A stretch of DNA of 63,166 nucleotides, filler included, from Calcarisporiella thermophila CBS 279.70 (GCF_041956535.1; 9 parts of 9 records of this genome joined end to end with filler, not necessarily neighbours in it), one strand, 5' to 3'; positions 14,316 to 27,343 are shown, counted from the whole stretch's first letter. Notes: generated by a model not told the origin, from the sequence alone. Numbers and translations are program-made.

Positions 14316-16114
14316 CTAGTATGCTTTTTGCAGTACCTCCCTTGAAAATACTGTTGGTTTCATCTCCTCTAAAATTTCTACGATTTGGCTTGCGAGCCAC
14401 TGAGTTAAAATTCCTCTTGCTACCAGTGATTGAAGCAAGTCCAATAAACTAATAAGCTCCTGGAAAATCAGACGTCGTATCGACACCCTTGGGTGCGTTT
14501 GGGTTATGAATCTAACATTCTCACAAATTATATGGGCTCCTATTAAAATATTTGACTTGCACCTAGCTTGGGCACCAATCGCCCACTTAAGTGATGCTAT
14601 ACAATGGATTAAGCCCTGTTCATTCATACCAAAAATGCTCCAGAGTCAAACCACAAGTGTAAATATTCAGAAATATTATTACCTTAACATACTCATCGAA
14701 AGCTTTTTCACGCATTTGCTGCATCAATATTGTTTCCAATCTCCCGGTAGGGGCGTCTGACTTGATGAACTGTCGCCAAAGGGCACACCATCTAGACCAA
14801 AAACTGAAATTTATTCCAGGAGGAAAAATCTTGCTCAGATCATCTTCGCTGCAATATTGAATTGCTTCAGTTTGATCGTTTTGCAAAAATCCAGCAAATC
14901 CGACCAGTTGTTGGGCGATAATAGCATCAGGAAGTGTCCAATCTATGTTCTGGAACTCCAATAGTTTAGAATATGTGATAATATCCAGCATGAAGCACAC
15001 CTGTAATATGGTAAATTAATTTGCTAAAATGGACTATTGGCAATTATCACGAATTATTACCGTCGCAAACTTATATGATTCGCTATCACTCGCTGTCATG
15101 GTAGGCTTTGAAGATGCTTTTATAGTGTCTAGAGCTATTAGCGACGGTTTATCGCATTCAAATACATAGAACAATTCGCGCTTGCAAACACTGGCCCTTA
15201 AGAAATTAATGATTTACATGTATCAGTTTAAACAAATAATTTGAGCAAATAAATGATTGATTCTACCAGATTCTTCTTCGAAACTCTAGATGCACAGGAT
15301 TCTTTTCCGTAGCATCATCTTTGTCCATTTGGAGTGCGAGTGCCATCAGTGCGGCTTGCGAGTAGCATGTATATGCCTCCGTAAAGCGCGAAAGCGAGTG
15401 CAGACATGCATCCATATTTATAAAAGCGAGGACAGTCTGTGAAGAAGGGACGTCAAACACATCTGCCAGTGACTGTTTTGCCTGTGAAAGTAGACTCCTT
15501 AGAGCCATGCGGAGCTGATTCCTAAGAGGTGTCTCTGGATGTGATAGCAATAAATGAACAGCTGCCCATGCTATCGCAGTGTAGATCAGTACAGGTTCAA
15601 GTTCACATCGATAGTAGCTTCCAAGAAAAAATTCACGGTTTGGGTGCATAGTGTCAATACAACAGGCGCTCAAATAGACATGAAAAAGATGATCTATGAG
15701 CTTCTTCTCTTTGACGATGATCGATTTTGAGGGCCATATAAGGAATTTATCGTCTATTGGCTTTGGGAGAGTATGGATCTTGAAATAGGAACAATAGTGC
15801 TTTCTGTTGGTACCTAATGCATATATTCGAGGACGAAAGATTCCCTCAGGCAATACAATGCCATCGATAAAATACTGAGCGCTAAGTAGATGATGTAGAT
15901 CAGTAAATGAATTTAACCTAAGTTGGAAGTACAAAGCATTTGCAGTTAAAAGTAGATCACAAAGACCATGCCGCCCCTGAAGGAGGCCTTCTATGCCATC
16001 TGCTGTATTGTACGCAGAAGTAAAGTATATGGCATTCTGTGTTTCATCTGAGCAATTAGCAGGAAAACCTGGTGGAAAACTATGCTGCAGGAGCGAGAGA
16101 ATAAACTCGGACAT
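14316..16114 (-). CDS. Array copy F: MHR-like protein, 4 exons
   Basis: ORFs 15263-16114, 14620-15000, 14316-14627; slightly shorter C-terminus. Confidence 0.8.
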
Positions 16115-17098
16115 CTAATTTTATAATTCGTTTCCTAATCTAGTCGAGGACGTTGGCTTTATAGAAATTGAGAATTGAAAACAATTAAAATTAAAATTCA
16201 AAAAATCTCAGGCTTGCACAAAGCTATGGTTATGGTTGACTAGTATTTAAGCATAGCCTACGGTATATATAACTGGGAAAATAGGGGAAACTCCTGCTCG
16301 TAAGAGCTTTATTGGAGGAGTAATTGTGGTTGCTCAATGCCAGGCTATTCTCGAATTTACAAATTAAAATTGGCTACATTTGAATGTTTAATTGTCTTTT
16401 GTTCACTGAGGAAATATCAATTTGTAACAGGGAAACTAAATTAGCTAGGAGAGTTGGAAAGCATCTTATTGACATTTTATTGCTGATTACAAGCATATCT
16501 AAGCAACGCATCTTAGCGATACTTAGTTTTTCTCACCGTGATTCTATTGAAAATACTGAAGATTGTATCGACCCACTATTCCCATAATATTTTGTTATTC
16601 AGATAAAACTTCATAATCCTATATATAAGCAGATGAATTAAGGGTTTGTTAAAAAATAGACTGTAAGATTTTATAACCTGTACAGTAGGGGTAACTGGAC
16701 CTTAATTGGTTCACGTATTTTACAATTTACTCTGGTTGACTTCGGCATCACTGTTTAGGATAACATCCACATAATTTCCTCCAGTGGACGATAAAATAAT
16801 ATTGTGAAATAATACTATGGATATTGCGTTTGGTATCATAATACAATTAAATGGTTAATATGTTGCAATTATTTAACTTATAATTGAACTCTCGGCTATT
16901 AAATAAAGTTTATACTTACCTTTTACTGATTTTTATATTTGATTTCATTAAGTGTCAAAGCCTCCAGACATGGAAAATATTTTTTTAAATATAATGAAAT
17001 ATATCAAAATCTATCCTATTTAAATAAAAGACAATAAATACAACAACGGTGTTGGATATATATATAAATGCTAATCAACAAATAGAAGTGAAAGAGGT

Positions 17099-18935
17099 TT
17101 AAGGCTTCCTTATTACTATGGGCTTTAAGCGTTTCGCTTCCAACTCCTCCTTGGAAAATACCATTGGCTTAATCTTCTCTAATGTATCTACAATTTCATT
17201 TGCAATTCGATTTTCTATTAGCTTGCCGATTCCAGAATGCCGGCGCATTAGCTGTAGTGTTTGAGCAAGTAACCGGAAGCATTTGATCCGAATCAGACGA
17301 TCAGGATGAACGTGCACAATGAATTTGTGCATTTCACAAATTAAATGAACATGGAGATGTGGGCAAAATGAGCACCAGGATTGCTTACAGATGTTATTCT
17401 GAAAAAGCAAGGTCATTTCAGTGAGCCCCTATTTGATTAGGAACAGGAAAATAGAATATGGATAAGTAATGCAGTGCTATGGATAGGCTAGTGGAATGAC
17501 TACCTTGACATATCCTTCTAAGGCGAGTGTCTTCAACTGCTGCATTAAATTTGTGTCCAGCCTCCCAGGGGGCGCATTCGATACGAGAAAAGGTTGCCAT
17601 AAATTGCACCACGATATCCAATAACTACAATCCACCTCAATAACAAATTCGGAATGTGGATTACCCTTTCGACATTGTTGCATCAGCATTACTTGATGTC
17701 TTTGTAGGAAAGTAGCAACACTGACGATATTTTGCACAATGGTAGGGTCAGGTAACGACCAGTCTATCTCTCTCACGCCGGCAATTTTAGTACAAAGTAA
17801 AACCTCTTGTTCGAAAAGAAACTATTGCATGCATATATTAGTGCCAAGTATTATATCTTAGTACCGCATTTCAGATGGATTTACCAGTGCGATTCTATAT
17901 TTAACACTATCGTTAGGCATTACAGTTGGTATAGGAGAGGTTCGCATGGTCTCCAATGGAATAAGCGAAGGCTTCCCCAGCGCGTGAACATACCAGACCT
18001 CTCGCTTACAAACACACCACCTAATTATAAGAGATAGAAAGGGAGAGGGAATAAGTCTTGGAAAGCAAGGCGTTATTTAATATTACTAACCATATTCTTT
18101 TCCTGAATTCCTTTTGCACAGCATCAACTTCAGCTGGATAATCCTTATCCATTTCTAGTGAGAGACCCATCAGTGCAGCTTGCTTGTAATACCCGTATGC
18201 ATCAGTAAGCTGGGAAAGGGCTCGCAAACAAGTTTCCATATTGATAAAAGCTAGAACACCGTGCGGAGTAACCGAGTCAAAATCATCTTCCAAGCATGAC
18301 CGTGCTTTAGCCAGTAATTCTCCCGTCACTCCCCGTAACTGATTTAACATCGGGGCTTGAGTGTGAGTGAGTAAAACATGAACGGCTGAGAAGGCCAGAG
18401 CCGTGTAAACCAGTGCAGGCTCAAGCTCATTGCGGTAATATTGTTCAAGCAGAGAAGAACGATCCGGATGCTGCATCCATGTAAAGCAATCGCTTAGGTA
18501 AACGCTGAAGAGATAGTCTGCAAGCCTGCGTCGAAGGCCAAATGGTTTATTTGGAGGGCTAAACACTTTGTCTTTAATAGGTTCTGGTAGAAAATGCGTT
18601 CTGAAGAGTGTGCAAGGATGATTCGCGCTATAGTGTGGCTGAATGAGTGCTGAGAAGTCGGGGGGAGCTATACCTTCAATCAGTAGTTGCGTGCTAAGAA
18701 GGCGATGAAGATCGCCAAGGGAATTCAGCTTGAGCTGGAAACGCAACCCATCACCTGATAAAAGATATTTGCAAGGATCAATTTCATCCTGATAAGGACT
18801 CGGTGCACAGTTGGCCGCCTTTTTTCGTAGAGAGTTAGATTGAGCACAACTTGAATTGCTCTCGTTATCGAGGCGTTTGAGTTTTGATGATTGGATAAGA
18901 TCAATGCTATCTATCACTTCTTCTAATTCTAACAT
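17099..18935 (-). CDS. Array copy G (most divergent): MHR-like protein, 4 exons
   Basis: ORFs 18021-18953, 17477-17776, 17099-17416; FQLKLNS, ELEPALV, EFRKRIW, SNAPPGRL; start uncertain. Confidence 0.78.
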
Positions 18936-19766
18936 CTGTAGCCAGATCTCCACGCTGTTTAGATATAGAAGAGTGGTTTAATTTTATTACACACCATGAG
19001 TTGGATTAGAGTTATCTTATTAATAGGAGGAGTAGTAAGCAAACTTTATAAGGACGCTGCCACAGACATCAGAGCTCCACAAGCCACATAATGTGCCACA
19101 ATAAGCAGTTGACCAGTAAATACATAAATTAGACGACTGTGTAAACCTAGTTTACTCGAAATGAAATATCTTTACAAGTGCGGTAGATTTGGCAAAGACG
19201 CACCAAAGATTCTCGCATTATTATCTCTTAAACTCTCCCCTCTTCCGACACTAGTTAGTGGCCATCAGGCTCTTAATTTTTAAATGCATTAGCTCATTTT
19301 ATTGTATTAGTTCAGACAAGTTTATGAGAAAATTTATCTACAACACAAGACTTATATTTCCAAAGCTGTAAGAAAATTTGTAAATCTACTATATATTATT
19401 TCATTTATTAGTTGATTCACTCCTCTGTAGTTTATGAATCCTTCTCAGTGGATATCAAATTTTCACCCCCAATTCCGCCTCTCTCCCTTTGAGATTTTAC
19501 TTACATGCGAATGAATAGAGTTGCAAGTTTCCAAAACCAATATTGCGAAGATGAATCGTTATTATATAACAACTTGCAACGGATCATAACTGTGGTATAA
19601 TTATATGTGTCATATCTATTTACCCCATAATATATCAATCTCTAACTCCGAGCCTCATAAAGTTCGATCCTCGGTTTTTCCACCCGCGGGCATTCAAAAT
19701 TTTGAAACTTGTTCTTCGCTCTCTTCATAACACTAATCATCTCTGACATCAAAAGTCAAAATAAAC

Positions 19767-21391
19767 ATGGAAGACGTAGATTCTCCCCCAAGGGATTTTC
19801 CATCCCCTCTATCGGATTTGCCCTCTCCGCCCCCCTTTTTACAGTATACAAAAGAAGACGATGCGACCACGAGTTTTTTTTGTGAGTTTTCATACAATTC
19901 CGACACGCTTAAGAAAATTTTGGATCTCTTTTCTGGTTTAATAACTTGGAACCCTGTCGTTTTGGTGTTTGTTTTGTATAGTACACCCACGAACACTTAC
20001 GGTTTTGGCACTCATGCTTGCTGTCCTTCTATGGGTAGCAGTCGGTGTTGAAATCACCGATACATTAACCAACGTAAAGCTTGGCATTTTTGCCTCTGTC
20101 CTTGTGTTCATCCTGATTGGCACACTCCAGTTTCCTGATGGGCCGTTCATACGACCGCATCCTGCGTTGTGGCGAGCAGTACTCTCAGTCAGTGTACTCT
20201 ATCAAATGGTGCTGGTTTTCTTGTTGTTTATGGTATGTTTTGATTTTATATTTATATTCTCTTGGTAATTTTAATGTGAATAATGAATGAATAGAATAAG
20301 AACGATGCGCGAAAGCTTCTTGTGTATATTGATCCGGCTCTCGGAGTGGCCCTTCCGGAGCGCTCTTACGGTGATCATTGCGAATTCACCATTTCGAATG
20401 TGCTTGAGCAGAGTGATATTTTTGTTTTGGCACATGCACTTGGCTGGTTCGGAAAAGGTAGTTTATTATCATTCTAATAGAGCGATAACACATTATTCAT
20501 GTTTGTTACCCCACAAGCTCTTATTCTGCGAGATGTTTGGTTCTGCTGGATTCTCTCAATATTGTTTGAGCTTTGCGAATACTCGCTGCAGCACCAGTTG
20601 CCTAACTTCAAAGAGTGCTGGTGGGATCATGTAAGGCATATAGGCTTAGCTTTTTATCTCGCTAACGCAAGTCGTAATACTTCTCAAATTCATTAGTGGA
20701 TTCTCGATGTACTGGTGTGCAATTGGCTAGGCATCTATATAGGCATGAAAACCTGCGAGTATTTCGAGATGAAGCAATATTCCTGGCGTGGCCTACGCGA
20801 AATTCCCACGATTCGCGGGAAAATGAAACGTACCGTACAACAATTCACCCCACACAGTTGGACTCGGTTTGAATGGGGCACTACGAAGAGTTTTAAGAAC
20901 TATGTGTCAGTGGTATTCCTACTGGCTATATTCTTGGAATGCGAATTGAACTGCTTCTACTTGAAATATTTGCTCTGGATCCCTCCTGAACACCCTCTGA
21001 ACACATACCGCCTGGTGTTCTTTTTCTTCGCAGCAATCCCGGGCGTGCGTGAACTATACCAGTTTGTAACGGATAAGTAAGTGATCTCCCAAAATTGAAG
21101 GCGGGATGACAACAACAACTTAATTTAACACTAAAATGTTGGTACTACAGGCGCTGTAAACGAATGGGACCTCAAGCCTGGCTTCTTATTGCAATCATTT
21201 TGACAGAGACATTGATATGCATCAAACTTGGACAGGGAGAATTCACAGAGCCAACCCCGGCTACGGTGGTGTGGTCTTGGGCTCTTCTACTTACAGCTGT
21301 GGTGGGCTATGGAGTATATTTACTCCTTTGGCCTTCTCATGCCTTAAGCAACACTAAGGGAAATGAGCCTTTGCATGAAAAGCTAAACTGA
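19767..21391 (+). CDS. PTDSS: Phosphatidylserine synthase, PSS/PTDSS (serine-exchange) family, multi-exon
   Basis: [55 protein letters not shown]; GT-AG introns e.g. 19882-19981, 20233-20295. Confidence 0.92.
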
Positions 21392-21762
21392 GTTGATTAG
21401 AGTATATATTCAGTATATATTTATATAGAGAGATATATATTTTTCAATAGAATTTCTCTTAGCATATATCTTTTTAACATGCTAAACACATTTCCGCGAT
21501 TTTCCCACTATATTGTTTCTTATCCATTTGATTTTTAATACGATTCATTAATTATTTTTCGAAAAACCGATAATGCACAGAAGTGAACGTTGCTCTGCTT
21601 TTTCTGCAATCTTAATTATTATTCATATTCAGTCGCAACCCCTTAAAAAAGTGGCAAGGAGGCAAGCGATGAAAGGAAGAAAAAGTAAAAAACAAGGAAA
21701 TAAAACACAAGAGGAATATGAAATAGAGTAAGTTGAGATGAAAGATAGGAAGTTGAATTGAC

Positions 21763-22437
21763 TTATTCCTGCATAGTGTCCTCAGCTTTGTCCTTTCCCT
21801 TGCTTGATGCAGAGCGGTCCTTGCGCTCAAGCAAATTTTTGCGGTCCTTATCGATCTTAAGCTTAGTGATAACGACTTTTGAGGGGTGAATGCCGATGGG
21901 AACAGTAGAGCCTGGAAAAAGAAAAAAAATTAATTGAATATGTGAGTGAGAGCTTCAAGACATTTCAAATTATATACCGTTCACTTTCTCCCGATTAACT
22001 CGCTCAATGTGGACAATCCACTTCTTGCGGTATACTTGCACAATTTTTCCCTCACGACCTTTGTAAGAGCCACGAACAACTAGGACCTCGTCATCCTTGC
22101 GGATTGGAATAGAGCGAGCATGGTACTTTTCCCGGAGCTCCTTAGAGAGCGAGGCGCTCATGATCTTGCGTCGAATGTTGGAGGGAGCTGAAAAATGGGC
22201 CTTACGGCTCTTGCGGCGGGATGAACTGACGTCTAAGAATGGATAATAAAATGAGCATCAAAATGAGCAAAAGATCGTAACATAAGTAGAGGGAAATTAG
22301 GAATTCAAGACGAGATGGATTAAGATAGCATTTATGATCCCAATCGCGTCTCATTGTGCCTCGGTAACCCAAAAATTCCATCCTTCATCTCAACAAAGCC
22401 ATCCATCCATCGACTACTCACCCTTGCAGAACTTCAT
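21763..22437 (-). CDS. RPL26: 60S ribosomal protein L26 (uL24), 3 exons (22437-22422, 22232-21978, 21911-21763)
   Basis: [19 protein letters not shown]...[12 protein letters not shown]...GIHPSKVVI. Confidence 0.96.
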
Positions 22438-22535
22438 TGCTGCTTATTATTCAATCCACACTACTACACGTCGGCGAGGAGTAAGAGGGGTGTCAGTATT
22501 AGACCTAATCCCCTTTTCTTTGTGCCTTTCTCGTT

Positions 22536-22556
22536 TGTGACTGCAAAAATCACGTG
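22536..22556. promoter_or_regulatory. HomolD-like box (TGTGACTG, 22536-22543) and CACGTG (22551-22556) in the shared RPL26/RPP2 promoter
   Basis: Exact match to the fungal RP-gene HomolD element CAGTCACA between two divergent RP genes. Confidence 0.6.
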
Positions 22557-22835
22557 ATAACATCTTAGCTCCTCTTTGTATTTTTTAAAGTCGACCAAAT
22601 CATAGATTTGGTTCCTCCCTTTTGCTATTTTATTGTCAAGGTACGATCATATAGCAATGCATTGAATCATCTGGAAATGGGTTAAGCTAGATGGATGAAT
22701 GGAAGAATTGCTATTGGAGATGACAATGTACTATGGATAGATGGATGGATGATTCGCATTGTTGCTGCCAATTTTCATCTTGAATTTTGCAATTAATTCT
22801 TGCTTTCCAATTATTAATAGAGATAAAACCTCAAC

Positions 22836-23299
22836 ATGCGTCACCTTGCTGCGTACCTTCTCCTGAACTTGGGTGGTAACTCCGCTCCTTCTGCCGATGA
22901 TATTAAGAAGATCCTCTCGACCGTTGGTATCGAGGCCGAGGACGAGCGCCTCAACAAACTCCTGAGCGAGCTTGAGGGCAAGGATATCAACGAGGTTTGC
23001 ATCTGACGTGGTATATTGTACTACTCTATGATTCAAGATTATAACACGTATATTCCTGTTCTAGCTCATTTCCCAGGGTAAGGAGAAGCTTGCTTCCGTC
23101 CCCACTGGTGGCGCCGTCGCTGCTGGTGGTGCTGCTCCTGCTGGTGGCGCTGCTCCTGCTGAGGAGAAGAAGGAAGAGAAGAAGGAAGAGGAGGAGGAAG
23201 AAGATGAGGTAAATATAGAGACATTATATATACTGAAAAAGAAACGTGTTAATGAGCTCTACGTCTATATAGGACATGGGCTTCGGTCTCTTCGACTAA
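22836..23299 (+). CDS. RPP2: 60S acidic ribosomal protein P2, 3 coding exons (22836-22994, 23065-23208, 23273-23299)
   Basis: [27 protein letters not shown]...[12 protein letters not shown]; probable 5'UTR intron 22641-22820. Confidence 0.96.
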
Positions 23300-23987
23300 A
23301 TGGATTGTCATTCGACTTTCGCTTTTCCTTTTTAATAAATATAACATCGTTGTCTCTTCATCCAAACTCGCTCTTGCTCCAATAAGAATCCAAACAATAA
23401 AAAAATATTAGCTGAAATTTGTCAGGCAACTATACAGTATGAAACCTCCAAAGCATAATAATATTATGAACTCCATTGTTTAAGTGTACATCACATTTTA
23501 AACCGGCCTTTGCACTTTATATATTCTAGAGCTCATTTAAGGAACAATTATAAACGGAAATAGTCAATGGTGTTTAATTTTTTCTTAGGATTAATATTCC
23601 TTCATATTTATTGTAAGGTCAATTATTCTGCTACTTCAAAATGATACAAAATAATTCTGATATCTAGTAAAGCAAAGAGCTGAGGGATAATTCTATTAGT
23701 TTACTTATTTTTTTTCCTCTTGGGGCATAGATCCCCACGTCAACTTGATAATTTTATCTTAAGGGAATGGAGAGTCATAATGCAACGTCTAAACACAGGT
23801 ATTATCCATAGCCCACCATTTAAATTAATCATAAGAATTTTTGGTACTTTTTTACAACCGTTTGATTACTTGTTGCAATATAGTTGATTGAGCGCTGAGA
23901 ATACCTTGTCTTTTACTAGAATACTGGAAGTTATACTAGATAAGAGAGAATTATTATATGGAGAAAAAAATGTGAAAAAAAAAAAGA

Positions 23988-24060
23988 TGGAGAACCCGGG
24001 TATCGATCCCGGTGCCTCTCGCATGCTAAGCGAGCGCTCTACCATTTGAGCTAGTCCCCC
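23988..24060 (-). tRNA. tRNA-Ala (AGC)
   Basis: GGGGGACTAGCTCAAATGG...CTTAGCAT...GATCGATACCCGGGTTCTCCA cloverleaf followed by a T-run terminator. Confidence 0.95.
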
Positions 24061-24859
24061 AACTCGAGAATGGACGCCAAAAATGGTTATTTGATATGAT
24101 AAATTCAAAAGCAGTCACAATTTTTCCTGGCACTTATTACAAAAGGATGGTTTTCTACATTCACACTTTCTGTCCTGCCGTGCCTGGTCTCTCCATTATG
24201 ACTGTCTTTCATTGCTACCCCTTGCTTGACGTATCTGTTATGTCTGGTCTCTCTACCTACCATGTCTGGCTACTCTATTATTATTGTTTCTTAATTTTTC
24301 CCAATCTTCTGCTAGCAAATGACTATAACCTGCACAAAGGTATAAGATCTTCGATTCATCTCCACCGATTAACTTCATAAGAATACTTTTCTATAAAGTT
24401 AAAAAAATAGTGTTTATTACATATAGCCCAAGTAAATTCGATGGGGACGAGATATTCTTCACCTTAAACACCTCTCTTTAACACGATATTAGTAAACGTC
24501 TTATTCTTATCACTATATCCCATCCTGAATCCAAGTATTTATGCGTCTCCCTCTTCCTTTTATATTATTTATTAAAGTAATCTGTCTGAGGGTAACCTAT
24601 ATGTCAACACGCTTTGGGTGTTGATGGCACGTAAAATATGCAAGGTAAACATCGAATAATTCAACTTAATGCTAGCTACACTCTATTAGCCGTTATCCCC
24701 ATAACTCCCCATTCTATTAAAGAAATTATCATACTCGATCAAAATCCCGGGGGAGGGGTCATCGATATGGCGATAAAAATAGCAAAGCATTAATTGAAAA
24801 TCATATCGTACTATATAGCTGATTGGAGTATTTCATAGAAAAATTACGTGCAAGCGGCC

Positions 24860-25540
24860 ACTATTTAGAGGCCTAGGAGGCCCATTTATGTAAAAAAGAA
24901 CAGTCAGACAAGCAAATCAATTACAATTCAGGTCAGAAAAAATAGATTATCTGACATACAATGAATGACCAGCACTCCTACTACCAGCAACAGTAATAGC
25001 ACAACCTCATGTAGAACAGCATTCAGTGGGGAAATATGCTAGGCCGTGTCGGCTTTAAGGTTCAACTATCAAGGAATATTAACAGATATATTCCCTCACT
25101 TAGACCCAATTGTGCCCTTCATTCTTATAGTGCTTGATAGAGTATTACCCCCGATTAACCTTGCCGAAAACCAAATTGATATCTCACCAATAATAGGACA
25201 CTCCAAAAAATTTTCTACGATGCTGTCACCCTTCGAGAATTCACGTACAAGCCCACTTGGTCATTCGCAATAGCCGCACCTTCGCATATATCAAACCTAG
25301 TTTGCATGTGCCTACAACCAATTATTATAGAAGATGATGTTGTGAGAGGCAAGGTCAACGCCCAAAAGGGACGAAGAATAGCCGGTGAGTGAAAAATATT
25401 TTTTTTTTTTCACATATACCGTCTCCCCCAAGTACCACACACACTGGCAAGCAAAATGAAAACTCCTGGAAGGATTAAAAACCTTCATTTGCCAGCTACG
25501 ATGTACCCGGCGAAACCTTCCACTCTGTCGCGTAGGAAAA
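24860..25540 (+). pseudogene. Decayed DIRS-type tyrosine recombinase, same family as 34982-36103
   Basis: NYNSGQKK*, VLPPINLAENQIDISPII, LREFTYK.TWSFAI and PAKPSTLSR align to the intact YR; stops and frameshifts present. Confidence 0.8.
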
Positions 25541-26020
25541 AAACATTTTCGTGTGCTTGGCACTTTATATTCTAGTCATTCCAAGAATACTTCATTCTTA
25601 GTTTTCAAAATAATTTTCATAGTTAAATTTTTCTTATTATTTTTTCTTTTCTTTTAATATTATTTTTTGTAATATTCATTTTGCATTTGACCGGAAGTAC
25701 CTCGTTTTTATCAATAAACGGCTTCATTACCGTGAAGCATGGACTGCTGGGCTTTCAATTTCCCGTGGTCAGTCACGGACGATGAGCATAAGCAAAGAAG
25801 TATAAATAAATATTGTGAAACGACCTTAAGGCCAATATTTATTATCCAATTTCTATTTGAACATGTATTGAATCAATTTTTGATTTCTAGCGCATTAATG
25901 AATATACACAAGGGGAAAGGATGGTTCAAGGGAACAAAATTGTAGAACTCAAAAGATAGAGATGTAATGAACTATGGATGAAAGAATAAAAAAATAGTTT
26001 TAAAGGTAGAATTATCCAAA

Positions 26021-26102
26021 CGACAGCTGCAGGATTCGAACCTGCGCGGGCAGAGCCCATGTGATTTCTAGTCACACTCCTTAACCACTCGGACAAGCTG
26101 TC
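26021..26102 (-). tRNA. tRNA-Ser (AGA)
   Basis: GACAGCTTGTCCGAGTGG...CTAGAAA...long variable arm...GGTTCGAATCCTGCAGCTGTCG. Confidence 0.95.
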
Positions 26103-26146
26103 TTCCTTTTTGAAAGTACAAACAGGAAGAAGGGTCTGCGCCGCAA

Positions 26147-26418
26147 ATGTTACGAGATAATTGGTTTTTGTACGGGGAACCTGCTTACAACCCGCAACGC
26201 AAAGGAGGGTTCTGGTTTAATCAGTTCCAAACGTGGCGTATGCTCGGAGGTAGCCCAGTAGCATCACCAAACTGGACTGCGACCGAGGTCTTGTCCCTAC
26301 CTCTCTACAAGTGCCCGTTAATCACAGACGAGGACCGACAAATGGAGGAGCCAAAACCCCCAACACCGCCATACCTCCTCAATGAGATACTAACTTTCGT
26401 ACGCTGCAGAGGACAAAT
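26147..26418 (+). mobile_element. Probable 5'-truncated L1/Tx1-like ORF2 fragment (post-RT region), runs into the gap
   Basis: FWFNQFQTWRML...WTATEVLSLPL resembles the post-RT segment of L1-clade ORF2; C/A-rich composition like the LINE at 47058. Confidence 0.5.
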
Positions 26419-26518
26419 NNNNNNNNNNNNNNNNNNNNNNNNNNNNNNNNNNNNNNNNNNNNTTAATTAATTAANNNNNNNNNNNNNNNNNNNNNNNNNN
26501 NNNNNNNNNNNNNNNNNN
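26419..26518. other. Artificial contig linker; also at 36177-36276, 38778-38877, 42662-42761, 46532-46631, 53892-53991, 57775-57874, 61854-61953
   Basis: Identical N44-TTAATTAATTAA-N44 six-frame-stop spacer. Confidence 0.98.
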
Positions 26519-27343
26519 GAGTCTGTGCTTTATGGATGTAGCCATCGTTGTGGTTCCAGTTCGTTCATCTTAGGTGAGGAAGCGCACGATATTTGCTCTT
26601 TCTACAACTGCGCCTATTTGATGGTAGTGCTCTCGGAAATATTGCTGCATTTCAACGCAATCTCCGGATTGCGTTCAATGAAGTTCCTGGGGAATTCAAG
26701 GCCAATATTTTTAGATGACGTACTACTGCAGCTGTATGTGAAGAGCTTGGATTTTCGTTTGGACACTTTAATTGACACTATCCCATCTGAAATGGCACCC
26801 CTTTACAAAGGGGAACTATTGCTTTATCTCTACATTATCAAGATTCATTCGTATTTCCCTAAGCTGGAAGATAGTTTGATCGTGTCAATCGACTATCCAT
26901 CTCTACTGGAGTGCATTGAGCCAGCAAACAAGATAGTGGATATAGCAGAAATATTGATTAATGATCAAAATAGTAGAGTTTTTCATTCGACAATGGCATT
27001 TGGGTTGAATACAAGTACGTGTGTCTACCTTATAGTCGCAGTATCGGGATATGCAGAACAACAGAGGAGTGCATTATTTGGATTGCATAGGATTCTGGGA
27101 ATATTGAAGAATCCACTCTTTTTGTATCTACACTCAGAGCTTATCAGCACAATTGAAGAAGTATTTAAAGGCGTGAGAAACGATTATTCAGAGGGATTGG
27201 ATTCGGAGTCCTTCAATACTACGAGTATAAACGGATCTACCGCTGTCGCTGTCATCCCCTCTGTAGAGCTTAGTTCGATAGTAAATGTGGAGACAATCGA
27301 TGGAGACCTCCCTGAAAAGTTACTTGTTATTTTGCATATATAA
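26519..27343 (+). CDS. 3' part of a probable fungal transcription factor (MHR C-terminal region)
   Basis: 272-aa ORF open from the contig edge; LMVVLSEIL, LYLYIIKIH..FP, CIEPANKIV helical pattern. Confidence 0.5.
   Translation, partial: ESVLYGCSHRCGSSSFILGEEAHDICSFYNCAYLMVVLSEILLHFNAISGLRSMKFLGNSRPIFLDDVLLQLYVKSLDFRLDTLIDTIPSEMAPLYKGELLLYLYIIKIHSYFPKLEDSLIVSIDYPSLLECIEPANKIVDIAEILINDQNSRVFHSTMAFGLNTSTCVYLIVAVSGYAEQQRSALFGLHRILGILKNPLFLYLHSELISTIEEVFKGVRNDYSEGLDSESFNTTSINGSTAVAVIPSVELSSIVNVETIDGDLPEKLLVILHI

Noticed and set aside
23866-24108. 80-aa ORF containing GGLAQMVERSLSMRE
   Set aside because: It is a translation of the tRNA-Ala gene.
26419-26518. Repeated TTAATTAATTAA motif and ORFs ending in X-run-LIN
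   Set aside because: Artificial linker; linkage across it is not evidence.
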